Source: Anolis carolinensis
Lineage: Eukaryota
Reading direction: 5' to 3'
Assembly (NCBI RefSeq): GCF_035594765.1
Contig: NW_026943818.1
Span: 36,835,150 to 36,899,149, forward strand
Length of the DNA: 64,000 nucleotides
Position numbers and translations under genes: made by a program. Positions 35,443 through 46,527 of the stretch are shown here, piece after piece. Below the pieces are notes generated by a model, which ran no database searches, was not told the DNA's origin, and was given only the letters and a program-made list of their open reading frames with translations. How positions within the stretch are numbered: position 1 is the first letter of the stretch; the number at the start of each line of letters is the position of its first letter.

Positions 35443-37626
35443 ATGGCGGAGAGCCCTGGGCTGCATCCAAGTCTGGAGGGCATCTTCCACATTTTGGCCC
35501 AAGTCCCCGAGGAGAAGTTGATCGACTATAAACATAAACTGAGCTGCGAGCGGCAAAACCGGCGGAGCTCTCAGCTCCTACAAACCATGATCCTGTTGAC
35601 TTTAAAACGAGAAACAGAGGCCCGGAGGAGCCTGGATGCTTTGAGGGGTGACCCAGTGGCGGCTCGCATTTCCCGCTATTGCACTGCTACAGCAAACACG
35701 GCCAATGTTGTTCCTCCTCTGCAAAAGGAGGAGGGGGCAGCCGAAATGTGGCTGGCCGTGGCTCGGATCTACTCGCTGCTGGTGGACGCAAAGTGGTGTT
35801 GTCATGTACTCAGAGATGAGGCCTACCGGGTAGCCGTCGCCGCGTTCCGATCTGGCGGCGGCAGCAAGGACCGGCTTCGGGGTCTCGCAGATGAAGCCTT
35901 GGAGAAGTGTGGGATGGGCTTCATGTTTGGCTCGGGGGAAACGGGGAAGGCCCTGAGGGTGAGTGATCCGGTGCCAGTCACGAGGGTGAGCAATACGGTG
36001 CCGGTCCCAAGAGCGAGCGATCCAGTGCCGGTCACGAGGGCGAATGATCTGGTGCCGGTCCCAAGGGCGAGCGATCCGGTGCTAGTCATGAGGGCGAACG
36101 ATCTGGTGCCAGTCCCGAGGGTGAGCGATACGGTGCCGGTCCCGAGGGCGAACGATCAGGTGCCAGTCACGAGGGTGAACAATCTGGTGCCGGTCCCAAG
36201 GGCGAGCGATCCGGTGCCAGTCATGAGGGCGAACGATCTGGTGCCAGTCCCGAGGGTGAGCGATACGGTGCCGGTCCCGAGGGCGAATGATCAGGTGCCA
36301 GTTACGAGGGTAAACAATCTGGTGCCGGTCCCAAGGGCGAGCGATCCGGTGCCGTTCCTGAGGGTAAACGATCCTGTGCTGTTCCCGAAGGCGAGTGATC
36401 CGGTCCCGGTCCTGAACTCCTTGGATCCTCAGCCGCTCCGATCCACCGGAAGCCCGACCTCCATCGTGAGCCACTTGGAGATCAGTCATTCCCTCACGGT
36501 GCCCTTTCAGACGCATTCGGTGCATTACGGCACCGGGATCAGCAAGCTTTGCGGCGAAATAAGGGACACCGAAGAGAGAAACAGAGATGAATCTCTAACG
36601 GGGAGAACGGAAAGCGGTGACCTCAAGGGCAGCCGTTGCTCTTCCTCCGATCCATCTGTCTCACCGGAAAGGAGTGTGCAGTGCCCTGAACCTGTTACTG
36701 GAAAGCACGTCTCTCCAAGGAGTTTGCCGCACGATCCGCGGATATCGTCTGCAGATTCGACACAGTATCCGCGCAACTCTGTGGCGGATCCGTATTCCCA
36801 AAAGCCACCCTCAAATTCTGTTTCAGGCCCTCCACCGGCTGTGTCTTCGTCGTCGGAGCCGCAGGAGTTCTTCACCTTTGTCGTGGTTCACGCCGACGAA
36901 GACGAGGCCATCGCCTGCCGCGTCAAGGCCCGGCTGGAGAGCATGGGCATCCCTGATGGTGCGACCTACAGCGAGGATTTCCTCGTCCCCGGCCGCTGCC
37001 AGCTGGGCTGCTTCGAGAATGCCTTGGAAGACTCGGCCTTCACTCTCTTCCTCCTGACGGAGAACTTCAAGAGCCGGCTCTGCGCCTACCAAACCAACAC
37101 GGCACTCATGGACTCCTTGACCCACTTCTGCAAGGCCAACACAGTGATCCCCTTCCTCCCCAAGGAGAGGCCGCTCAAGACGAGGGAGATGCCGCTCTTA
37201 TTGAAGGGATTGGTGCCCTTGGACGAGAACTCTCCCGTTTTCGCCAAGCGGGTCAAGAAGACCTTCAGGGAGGAGGACATCCGAAGGAAGAAAGCGGACT
37301 GGAGCGTCCGAAGGCAGAACCGGGAGAGGGAACGGTTGCAAGAGCAGAACCGGGAATACCAGCAGCAACTGCAGCGTCTTTCGGAGCTCAGCATGAACAT
37401 GACGTCCCTGCAAGGCTTTCCAGGAATGCCTCAACCTCCGCCAGGCCCTGACCTGACTTCTCTCTGCCCGTCCTTTATGTTCCCCCAGGGCTTTGGAGGC
37501 GCTCGGCCGCCGCTGATCATCCAAAACGCCCAAATGGTCCAAATCGGAGACTGTAACAACATGCAGGTGGAGAGGACCAACGCGACGCTGGGCACGGCCG
37601 AGGAAAACGGCATTGTGAATCCGTGA
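35443..37626 (+). CDS. TICAM1: TIR-domain adaptor TRIF, single coding exon, 727 aa
   Basis: N-terminal helical domain, RSTGSP..HLEIS (pLxIS), TIR domain (FVVVHADEDE...GATYSEDFLVPG), RHIM (IIQNAQMVQIG); acceptor at 35429; AATAAA 37632-37637. Confidence 0.95.
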   Translation: MAESPGLHPSLEGIFHILAQVPEEKLIDYKHKLSCERQNRRSSQLLQTMILLTLKRETEARRSLDALRGDPVAARISRYCTATANTANVVPPLQKEEGAAEMWLAVARIYSLLVDAKWCCHVLRDEAYRVAVAAFRSGGGSKDRLRGLADEALEKCGMGFMFGSGETGKALRVSDPVPVTRVSNTVPVPRASDPVPVTRANDLVPVPRASDPVLVMRANDLVPVPRVSDTVPVPRANDQVPVTRVNNLVPVPRASDPVPVMRANDLVPVPRVSDTVPVPRANDQVPVTRVNNLVPVPRASDPVPFLRVNDPVLFPKASDPVPVLNSLDPQPLRSTGSPTSIVSHLEISHSLTVPFQTHSVHYGTGISKLCGEIRDTEERNRDESLTGRTESGDLKGSRCSSSDPSVSPERSVQCPEPVTGKHVSPRSLPHDPRISSADSTQYPRNSVADPYSQKPPSNSVSGPPPAVSSSSEPQEFFTFVVVHADEDEAIACRVKARLESMGIPDGATYSEDFLVPGRCQLGCFENALEDSAFTLFLLTENFKSRLCAYQTNTALMDSLTHFCKANTVIPFLPKERPLKTREMPLLLKGLVPLDENSPVFAKRVKKTFREEDIRRKKADWSVRRQNRERERLQEQNREYQQQLQRLSELSMNMTSLQGFPGMPQPPPGPDLTSLCPSFMFPQGFGGARPPLIIQNAQMVQIGDCNNMQVERTNATLGTAEENGIVNP
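35956..36414 (+). repeat. Coding 27-bp VNTR (17 units) within TICAM1
   Basis: In-frame AGGG(T/C)GA(G/A)CGAT...GTGCCGGTC units. Confidence 0.95.
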
Positions 37627-37686
37627 CCGAAAATAAAGCCCATTTCTCACATCTGCCTGTTCGTCTCTTAACACAATCCTAGCATT

Positions 37687-38023
37687 GGAAGACCCCCCGT
37701 GACGAAGTGTGTTAAAGCACTAAGCTGCTGAACTTGCGGACCAAAAGGTCCTGGGTTCAATTCCCGGGAGCGGAATGAGCAACCACTGTTAGCCCCAGCT
37801 CCCACCAACCTAGCAGTTCGAAAACATGCCAATGTGAGTAGATCAATAGGTACCGCTCCAGTGGGAAGGTAACGGCGCTCCATGCAGTCATGCCAGTGGC
37901 CTCATGACCTTGGAGGTGTCTATGGACAACGCCGGCTCTTCGGCTTAGAAATGGAGATGAGCACCAACCCCCAGAGTCAGACACGACAAGACTTAACGTC
38001 AGGGGAAAACCTTTACCTTTACC
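37687..38023 (+). mobile_element. Sauria SINE
   Basis: tRNA-like head with B box GGTTCAATTCC, family body, (ACCTTT)n tail. Confidence 0.85.
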
Positions 38024-38121
38024 AAGGGTCATCCAGTTGCACCCCATACTGCCAGGAACACGTCATTAAAACCCTCCCAACAGATGGCCATCTGCAACAT
38101 TCACACTCGCCTCTGACAAGA

Positions 38122-39082
38122 GAGGTTTAGGGAGAATTCACCATGATTTATAGGAGTTGTAGGTACTGGGATGTATAGTTCACCAGCAATCTAAGAGTAC
38201 ACCACCAATGATGGACCTGGAACTAATGACCAACAAAAAATGACCCATGACCAACAAAAAATACTGGCAGTCTTTAAAGGGATTTATAAGAGTTGTAGTT
38301 CACCCACATCCAGAGTGCACTAGGAACCCAAATAATGATGAATCTGGACCACACTTGGCATGCATACCCAATATGCCCAAATTTGAATATTGGTGTGTTT
38401 GGAGGGAAATTGGCCTGGGCATTTTGAAGTTGTATGTACTGGGATTTATAGTTCACTTGCAATCAACTTCACTCAGAAGTCCACCAAAGATGGAATTGGC
38501 CAAAACTTAGCATACAGAGCCCCCATGACTAGCAAAAAATACTGGAGGTCTTTGGGGGAAATTCACCTTGATTTGGGGGAGTTGTAGTTCACCTACATCC
38601 AGAGAACACTGTGAACACAAACACTGATGGATCTAGATCCAACTTGGTACACAGACCTGATATGCCAAAATTTGATTCCTGAGGGGTTTGGGATAGGGTT
38701 AGGGAACTGGGCTTCCTTTCTGGGAGTTGTAGTTCACCCAAACCAGAAGAACTGTGACCTCCACTGATGGTGGACCTGGACCAAACTTGACACACAGAAC
38801 TCCAATGACTAACTTAACCTACTGGAGGGTTTTGAGGAGACTGACTCTCCATAGTGGGAGTTGTTGTTTACCCTACAGACAGAGAGCACACTGAACCCCA
38901 CCCATGATGCATCCAGAGTAAACTTGCCCAACATAGCAAACTTTAAGTACTGATGGAGCTTTTCGGGGTTCACCTGGCATGATGTGAGTTGTAGTTCACC
39001 CAAAACCATAACCTTATGCATTTTGTACAATTTAAAATTGACTTTTTCAAATAATCAGGGCAACGCAGGGTACCCAAGCTAG
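38122..39082 (+). mobile_element. 3' part of a second Helitron-like family with GGGAGTTGTAGTTCACC repeats
   Basis: Ends CAGGGCAACGCAGGGTACCCAAGCTAG; related 5' fragment at 32225-32590. Confidence 0.55.
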
Positions 39083-39083
39083 C

Positions 39084-39129
<46 letters not shown>

Positions 39130-39956
39130 GCAGCAATACAAAATCCAGCATATGTATCTTGTTTGCTGTGTCATACTATGTTTTTGTGTCAAAATAATAA
39201 TAATAATAATAATAGTAATAATAGTAATAATAATAATTTATTACCTGCCTTAGTTTGATACTACTTTACATGGCTCAAGCAATGGAATCCTAGGAGTTGT
39301 AGTCTGCCCTCTGGCAAAACAACAACTCCGATGAATCCATAGTATCCTCATTGTTTCCTGGCTAGACATAACTTTGGCCCATAATGGGATTCCTCTGTCT
39401 GTAATCCACTTTTCTTCATCAAGCTCGGAGAAAGTTGAGTTTTCCCTCTTCTCCTGCCAAGAAAAATTGATCCCTGTGAAGCGAAGCCTGCATGCAATGA
39501 AAAGAAGAGCCACAAGGAGATTATTGTTAGCAGCACAACTTTCTTTCTTTTCCTTTTTAATTTTTTTTTATTTGTTTAAAGTGCCGGTTTATTCATTTCA
39601 AGTCAGGAAACGTTGGCTTGCCAACTACACACATTCTGCGGTTGCAGAAAGCGTCCGAATTCATTATTCTGCTTGGCAGTGAAACGAAAACAAAATGAGG
39701 AAACCTACCTGACGCTTTCTTTGGAAATCACACTTTCCGAAAAATAGGGCAAAACAGGTCAAAAACAAAAAGCTGCACGGGATGCTTCCTGACCCACCGA
39801 AGAAACAAATCAATTGGGATATTTAAGTCCTAAGCAACGAAGCAGAAAGTGGATTTTCTATCGTGACTTTTCTATGTTCAGTCATGGGAGAAAAGGAGCT
39901 TTCACTCTATGAGCCCCTGTTCTCCATACTACATTTAATGCACAAATATTCTATGC

Positions 39957-40614
39957 CGGGGTCCCCAAACTAAGGTCTCTTTGCTTACCTATGGTCTTAG
40001 GAGATCATCTAGATGGTATTTGAAGGTCTCTTTGCTTAGCTACAGCCTTATGAGACCATCTAGATGGCTTTTGGAGGTCACCTTCTTTACCTATGGTCCT
40101 ATGAGACCGTCTAGATGGCCTTTGAGGGTCCCTTTCCTTACCTATGGTTTTATGAGATTTTCAAGATGGTCTCTGAAGGTCCCTTTCCTTATCTATGATC
40201 TTCTGAAGGCCTTATGAGATCATCTAGATGGCCTTTGAGGGTCCTTTCCTTATCTATGGTTTTATGAGATGGTATAGATGGCCTTTGGGGGCCCCTTTCC
40301 TTACCAATGGTCTTATGAAACCATCTAGATGGTCTTTGAGGGTCCCTTTATCTATGGTCTTCTGATGGCCTGATGAGATCTCATATAGATGGCCTTTGAG
40401 GGTCCCTTTCCTTACCGATGGTCTTATGAGACCATCTAGATGGCCTTTGGTGGTCTCTTTGTTTACCTATGGTCTTATGTTAGGGTTGACCTAAGTCTGA
40501 AATGACTTGAAGGCACACAACAACAACAATCCTAATTGTTTACTATTTCATCATAGTCCGGCCACCCAACAGTCTGTGAATCGGCCCTCCACTTAAAAAG
40601 TTTGAGGATCCCTG
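39957..40614. mobile_element. hAT MITE remnant containing the same ~51-bp minisatellite
   Basis: GGGGTCCCCAAACT ... AGTTTGAGGATCCCTG; tandem units ~39975-40478. Confidence 0.65.
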
Positions 40615-41198
40615 TTCTATGCAATCCAAGTATTGCAAACCTTCTGCTTAGTTTCTAATTCGAAGTACACTTCACAGGAAACAAAGGTGAGGGGAAGTAC
40701 TGTAATTCTATATTTTCCATCCAAAACATCACCAAAAATTGGATTTGTCCTGCAATTTTGAGTCGGAAAGGTAACAAGGAACCAGGGGATTTTAGCCACA
40801 GCCAACGGTCATTGAGTAAACATCAAAACACAGATATACTCCTAGAAGTCCTGGCTTCGGGGGAATATATTTTGTGACGGACCTGTACATTTAATATCCA
40901 CCAAATAACAGCAAAAGGCAATGCATGCTGGGGAACAGATCGGTCATCGGAAACCACTCTCTGACCTCTGGATACCAGCAATCACATAACATTTAGTTCA
41001 GGGAAGGGGATGCTTTGGTTCTCCAGGTGTTTTGAACTGAACTGCAGCACCCATAATCCTGTTCCTAAGACCCTTGGGAGGAAGATCCTTAGCCTATGAT
41101 GAAATGAGGTCTTTTAGCAGCCCTATATTTGGAACACAGGTATCTATAACTAAGATACACAAGGTATTGTGTTATTGTTATTTTTGAAACGTCAATTA

Positions 41199-41516
41199 CA
41201 GTAGAGTCTCACTTATCCAAGCTAAACGGGCCGGCAGAAGCTTGGATAAGCGATTATCTTGGATAATAAGGAGAGATTAAGGAAAAGCCTATTAAACATC
41301 AAATTAGGTTATGATTTTACAAATTAAGCACCAAAACATCATGTTATACAACAAATTTGACAGAAAAGTAGTTCAGTACGCAGTAATGTTATGTTGTAAT
41401 TTATTTACGAATTTAGCACCAAAATATCACGATATACTGAAAACATTGACTACAAAAATGGCTTGGATTATCCAGATGCTTGGATAAGCGAGGCTTGGAT
41501 AAGTGAGATTCTACTG
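41199..41516. mobile_element. Same MITE family
   Basis: TIRs, TA duplication; inverted empty-site paralog at ~43200-43260. Confidence 0.88.
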
Positions 41517-41539
41517 TATGTTACTGCATGACAGGTCTA

Positions 41540-42749
41540 TCTATATATATTAAAATGTAATGTTTGTTTTACTATGGAGTAAACAACAAAACCACTGAAC
41601 CAAATCACACCAAATTTGGCCACAAAAGACATAGTCATCCAATTCAATAAAAAAAACCTAGAAAAATAGTCCAAATTACAAAGGATGAGGAAGAGCCTTT
41701 CTCCCTAACTGCCAGTTAGAAAGGTAGGCTCTGCTGCCTTTAGCCCCCCCAACTGCCTTTAGGTCCCGCCCCCTTCGTATCTTAGCAACTCCCTCAGCCA
41801 AAATGGCGCCCAGGGCACAGGCAGAGTGCACTTAAGCCTGATCCACACTGCCTATAAAATACAGATTATCTGATTTGAACTGGATTATATGGTAGTGTAT
41901 ACTTAAGGTCCTTCCACACAATTATATTACCCATTTATAATCTTATATTATCTGCTTTGAACTGGATTATCTTGACTCCACACTGCCATATAATCCACTT
42001 CAGTGTGGATTTTATACAGTTGTGTAGAAGGGACCTCATACAATCCACTTCTAAGCAGAGAATATAAGATTATAAATATAATATGAAATAATGACTGTGG
42101 TATAATAATACAGAAAAATATAATCTCTCAAACCAGGACAGTAAATAAAGAGCAACACTCTGAAAGCAGGGAAATTGGGAATTCCAGAAAGGAAACAATC
42201 AGGGCCAGCTAACACTTCCCAACAAAGGATTTCCCCAGGCAGGAAGCAGCCAGGCTTTGAAGCTGCAAGGCCATGAAATGCTAATCAAGGTGCCTAATTG
42301 CAGCATTCATACCTGCCACACCGAGACTATTAATTGCTATTCAAACTGGCTGACCAAGGATTCCGCAAAGTAGAAAGCGGCCAAGCTTGCAAGCAGCAAG
42401 GCTATTCAGTGCTTTCCAACCTAGCCAACCAAAATTTCCCTAGGGGAAAAATCCCCAAGCTCTGAAGCCACGAGGCTACTCCGTCCCATTCAACCTGGCC
42501 TAGCAAGGATGCCCTATGTAGAAGACGGCCAGGCTTTTCAGCTGCAAGACTATTCAGTGCAATTCAATCTGGCCAAACAATGATTCCCCTACAAAGTAAG
42601 TAGCCAGGCTTCAAAGCGGTTCTTTGATTGAGGGTGCTACTCCAGCTACTCCAGAAAACGGCCAGGCTTTGAGACTGCAAGGCTCTTCATTGCTATTCCA
42701 CTTGGCCAACAAATGATTCCCATAAGCCACAGCAACGCATGGCCAGGAA
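41540..42749 (+). mobile_element. Non-autonomous Helitron, terminal CTAG lost
   Basis: 5' TCTATATATATTAAAATG, 3' hairpin GCCACAGCAACGCATGGC; A|T insertion shown by the empty-site paralog. Confidence 0.8.
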
Positions 42750-43909
42750 TTGTTTATATACAAAATATACAGGTATTGCATACTATTGCATATCTATTTT
42801 ATGTATGTTGTTGATCTTTTTATACAAGTAAATATAGTGCCAGAGACTTATCTTCTACTGGAGTACTAAGTTATATCTAAAGGCACAGACAAGAATTAAC
42901 TACCTGAAGGAAGTGTTCCAAACAACGAAACAAGGAATACAACCCGGGACACCTTGTTGTAACCTTGGTCACTGTATAGAACTCTTCTCTGACACAATCA
43001 CAATCTTGGATGCCACGTATGGTCCTTCAAGATACTTATAAGTGACTTTTTAAATCATCAGACATATTTCATCTATGTATTGGACTGTTGTGGTTATTTA
43101 GATGAGACTGACGTCTCACATTTGAAATCTATATAAATAAGGACATTTCTTCAGGAGAGAGATAAGTTGTACCAGTATATTTTGTATATAAACAATAGAC
43201 CTGTCGTGCAATAACATAACTGATGTTTCAAAAATAACAATAACATAATGCCTTGTGTATCTTTTAGCAGCCCTAGACATTAACCCTAGCTTTATTTTAT
43301 GGGCATCAAGGGACACTCCGTTTGTGGTGAGTTGTTGCAAACTATCCCAAACAATCCATTTAAAACATTGCTGATCCTTCCCCAAACAACCTCCTTCTCC
43401 AAAAAGTGATTCGGCTCTTTGTATCAACACACTGCAGTCCCTCCAAAGCCACTCTCAACTCTTCCTTAGCCCATTTTTCCATTGGACGATTCCAAACACA
43501 CCCCTTCTGCGCCTGACATTCCTTGGCAGAATCAGCACAAGAATTAAATTCAACAGGAAACAAAACAAGTTTGGCAGAGATGGGCTCTTCCACCAACCCA
43601 GATTGAGTAAAGCATGCCATGCGTGCCTTTGTGCGCATGTGTATACAGTCTAGGTTGCTGTGAGTTTTCTGGGCTCTAAGGCCATGTTCCAGAAGCATTC
43701 TCTCCTGACGTTACGCCCACATCTATGGCAGGCATCCTCAGAGGTTGTGAGGTCTGTTGGAAACAAGTCGGGTTTATATATGTTATTGTCATTTTATACT
43801 TTTGATATTAGTAAAGAAGTTGTGGCATTGAATATTTGCCGTTTATATGTATGTTAACTGCCCTGAGTCTAGGGTAGTCTAGAAATAAAGATTATTATTA
43901 TTATTTTAT

Positions 43910-44340
43910 TATGACACAGCAAACAAGATAGACATGCTGGATTTCATATCACAAAATCACAAGTCGAACACTTCCCAAGTGTCTAGGACTGTGTTATGTA
44001 TTTTCGGATGATGCGTGCAAATCCCACTAGGGTGGTCTTTTGCAGATCGTTGGCAGATCGTGATTTTGTCAATGTCTGTTGTTTCCAAATGCTGGCTGAG
44101 ATCTTTTGGCACGGCACCCAGTGTGCCCATCACCATTGGGACCACCTGTACTGGTTTCTGCCAGAGTCTTTGAAGTTCAATCTTGAGGTCCTGATAGCGG
44201 CTGAGTTTTTCCTGTTGTTGTTGTTGTTATTATTATTATTATTAGAAACACAAGATGAGTCCACAGCAGACACTCTGCTGGCTGTTGTTTTGGATCACAC
44301 ATCGGACACTTCCCAAGTGTATAGGACTGTGTGATGTATC
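43910..44340 (-). mobile_element. Two adjacent R4/Dong 3' fragments with different 3' tails
   Basis: Reverse complement of the R4 3' end (43910-44215) and of the variant tail (44246-44340) seen at 130-365. Confidence 0.8.
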
Positions 44341-44681
44341 GGCAAATAGTAATAATAATAATAATAATAATAGATATGTGGAATGTTCAGGGTGGGAGAA
44401 AGAACTCTTGTCTGTTTGAGGCAAGTGTGAATGTGGCAATTGGCCACCATGATTAGCATTGAAAAGTCTTGCATCTTCAAAGACTGGCTGCTTCCTGCCT
44501 GGGAGAATCCGTTGTTGGGATTTGTCCTTTGTCCGACCCTGGATATTCCACAGATAAATAAACCCCATTTGTCTAGTTTTCAACTAGATGGCCTTTGAAT
44601 GGTCTTACGTTACGCATTTTGATGTTGTAACTTGCCTTGAGCAGAGGAGAGGTGGCTAACAAATAAAATATATTGTTGTTG

Positions 44682-45117
44682 GGGTTGTTGTATGTTTTGC
44701 GGGCTGTATGGCCATGTTCCAGAAGTATTCTCTCCTGAAGTTTCGCCCACATCTATGGCAGGCATCCTCAACCATAGATGTGGGCGAAACTTCAGGAGAG
44801 AATACTTCTGGAACATGGCCATACAGCCCGCAAAACATACAACAACCCTGTGATCCCAGCCATGAAAGCCTTCGACAATATATTGTTGTTGTTGTTACTA
44901 TGATAATAATTATGACTATTGTTATTGTTGTTATGATGGCAATGATAATGACCATAATGATGATTATGATTATTATTATATATACCTCATAATCTCTGAG
45001 GATGCCTGCCATAGATGCGAGCGAAACGACAGGAGATAATGCTTCTGAAACATGGCCATACAGCCCAGAAAACTCACAGCAACCCAGTAATTCCGACCAT
45101 GAAAGCCTTCGACAATG
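44682..45117. mobile_element. Penelope pLTR cluster with perfect 77-bp inverted repeat and further hammerhead-like copies
   Basis: Arms 44682-44758 and 44772-44848; another copy at 44983-45117. Confidence 0.75.
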
Positions 45118-46527
45118 CATATGGTCTGTGTGCAGAAGGGGACCTCAGCCAAACTCTTGACTAGGGAATCGCTCTATGCCAAATAGGGAAAGAAACATGA
45201 GCATCTAGGCGCAAGCAAACGGAGGCCTGGCAAAAGAAGCTTTTGATGTTCAATTGGTATTGAAAAAAACAAGCAGGCTTGCTGGGAGGGGGATGTTTAA
45301 GCACTTGGCAAGCCAAATTTTATCGTTGGGAGTCTCTGCAGTCACAAACTAGCCGATACAAACTAGCCGTTCTCATTCCCACAACACAACACAAACAGAT
45401 GACGCGTCTTGTTTCTTTTCTAGGGTTTCAAAACACAGGCCCCCTTCCCCCTTTTCTTCTGAGCAGCTACACCAAGCCTGTAATCAAAGGTCTGGATCGG
45501 GAAAAACCAAACTGTGGGCAAGTTAAGTTTGGGTTAAGGGGGCCACCAGTTAAGTTTGGGTTAAAAAGCAAACCTTATCCCTATCAGCGTCAGCTCTTAA
45601 AAACAGCCAGATGCGATTCAGCCATTCCCAAACAAAGAACTCAAACCCAGAACGCAAACCACCACCACACTCGGCTAAGCAGCAACGTAAATAACTTTTT
45701 TTTTGTAGGCAAGGGGGCAACTTTAAGACTGTCTTTAGGTTGCCTGAAATCCTCATTTCCATTCCTATATTTTGAGAAGGACAAAGGGCAAAGGAGAAGG
45801 GGATGCAAGGGGCAAGGGTAGCAGCTCCAACACCAGCAAGGCAAGCTGAATTTGCAAAAACAGATCAAATGAAGAACTTCAGTATCAGTTGAAAAGGAGG
45901 GGCCAGCACCAACCCGCTCCCATCCCATGGCTCTTGACACTGAAAGTGGCCATCTCTGGGACAGGAGGCAGCTAGAGGTTCAAATGACAAATGTCACTAC
46001 CCGGTTGCAAAAGCAGTGAGATGAGAAACCAGACTGGGCCACTCTTTCTATATATATCAACACAGCATCCCCAGAAAAGTGTGGGGAGTGCTGTGGAGAG
46101 CTATAAAAAGCTTGGCTACACCCAAATTGTCAAAGAAACTGAAGCAGGGGAAGCAAAGGCATCCCTTGACAGCGGAACCACGATGTCAGATATTGGTGCC
46201 GACCCCACTGTGGGTCAAGGCGGGTCTCCTTCACACAACACAACTGTAGCACTTTGGTAACTGCTTCAACTTGGTAGTTGAAGAAAACCTCGGATTTGCA
46301 GTTTGGGAAGCGACTTCAGTCTCAACAAACTACAAATCTAAAGGATACAGCTAGAGCAGTTCAAGGAGCATTGTATTGTGCAGAGTGAAGGAGAATGTAG
46401 ATACCTCCTACTCTGATGATGGGACCAGAAACACACAGAGAGAAACAGTATAACCGGGCCCAGTGCAAAGAAAAGCTTTCAAATTCGGATCACAGGAAGA
46501 CGGAGAGTCCACCACACACCACCCTGT

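Noticed and set aside
37720-37770. tRNA gene
   Set aside because: tRNA-like head of a Sauria SINE; no complete cloverleaf
32225-39082. TICAM1 as a Helitron-captured gene
   Set aside because: The gene is at its syntenic position and the two flanking fragments overlap in internal sequence
45279-46260. Plus-strand ORFs downstream of FEM1A
   Set aside because: No recognisable homology; most likely antisense to the FEM1A 3'UTR
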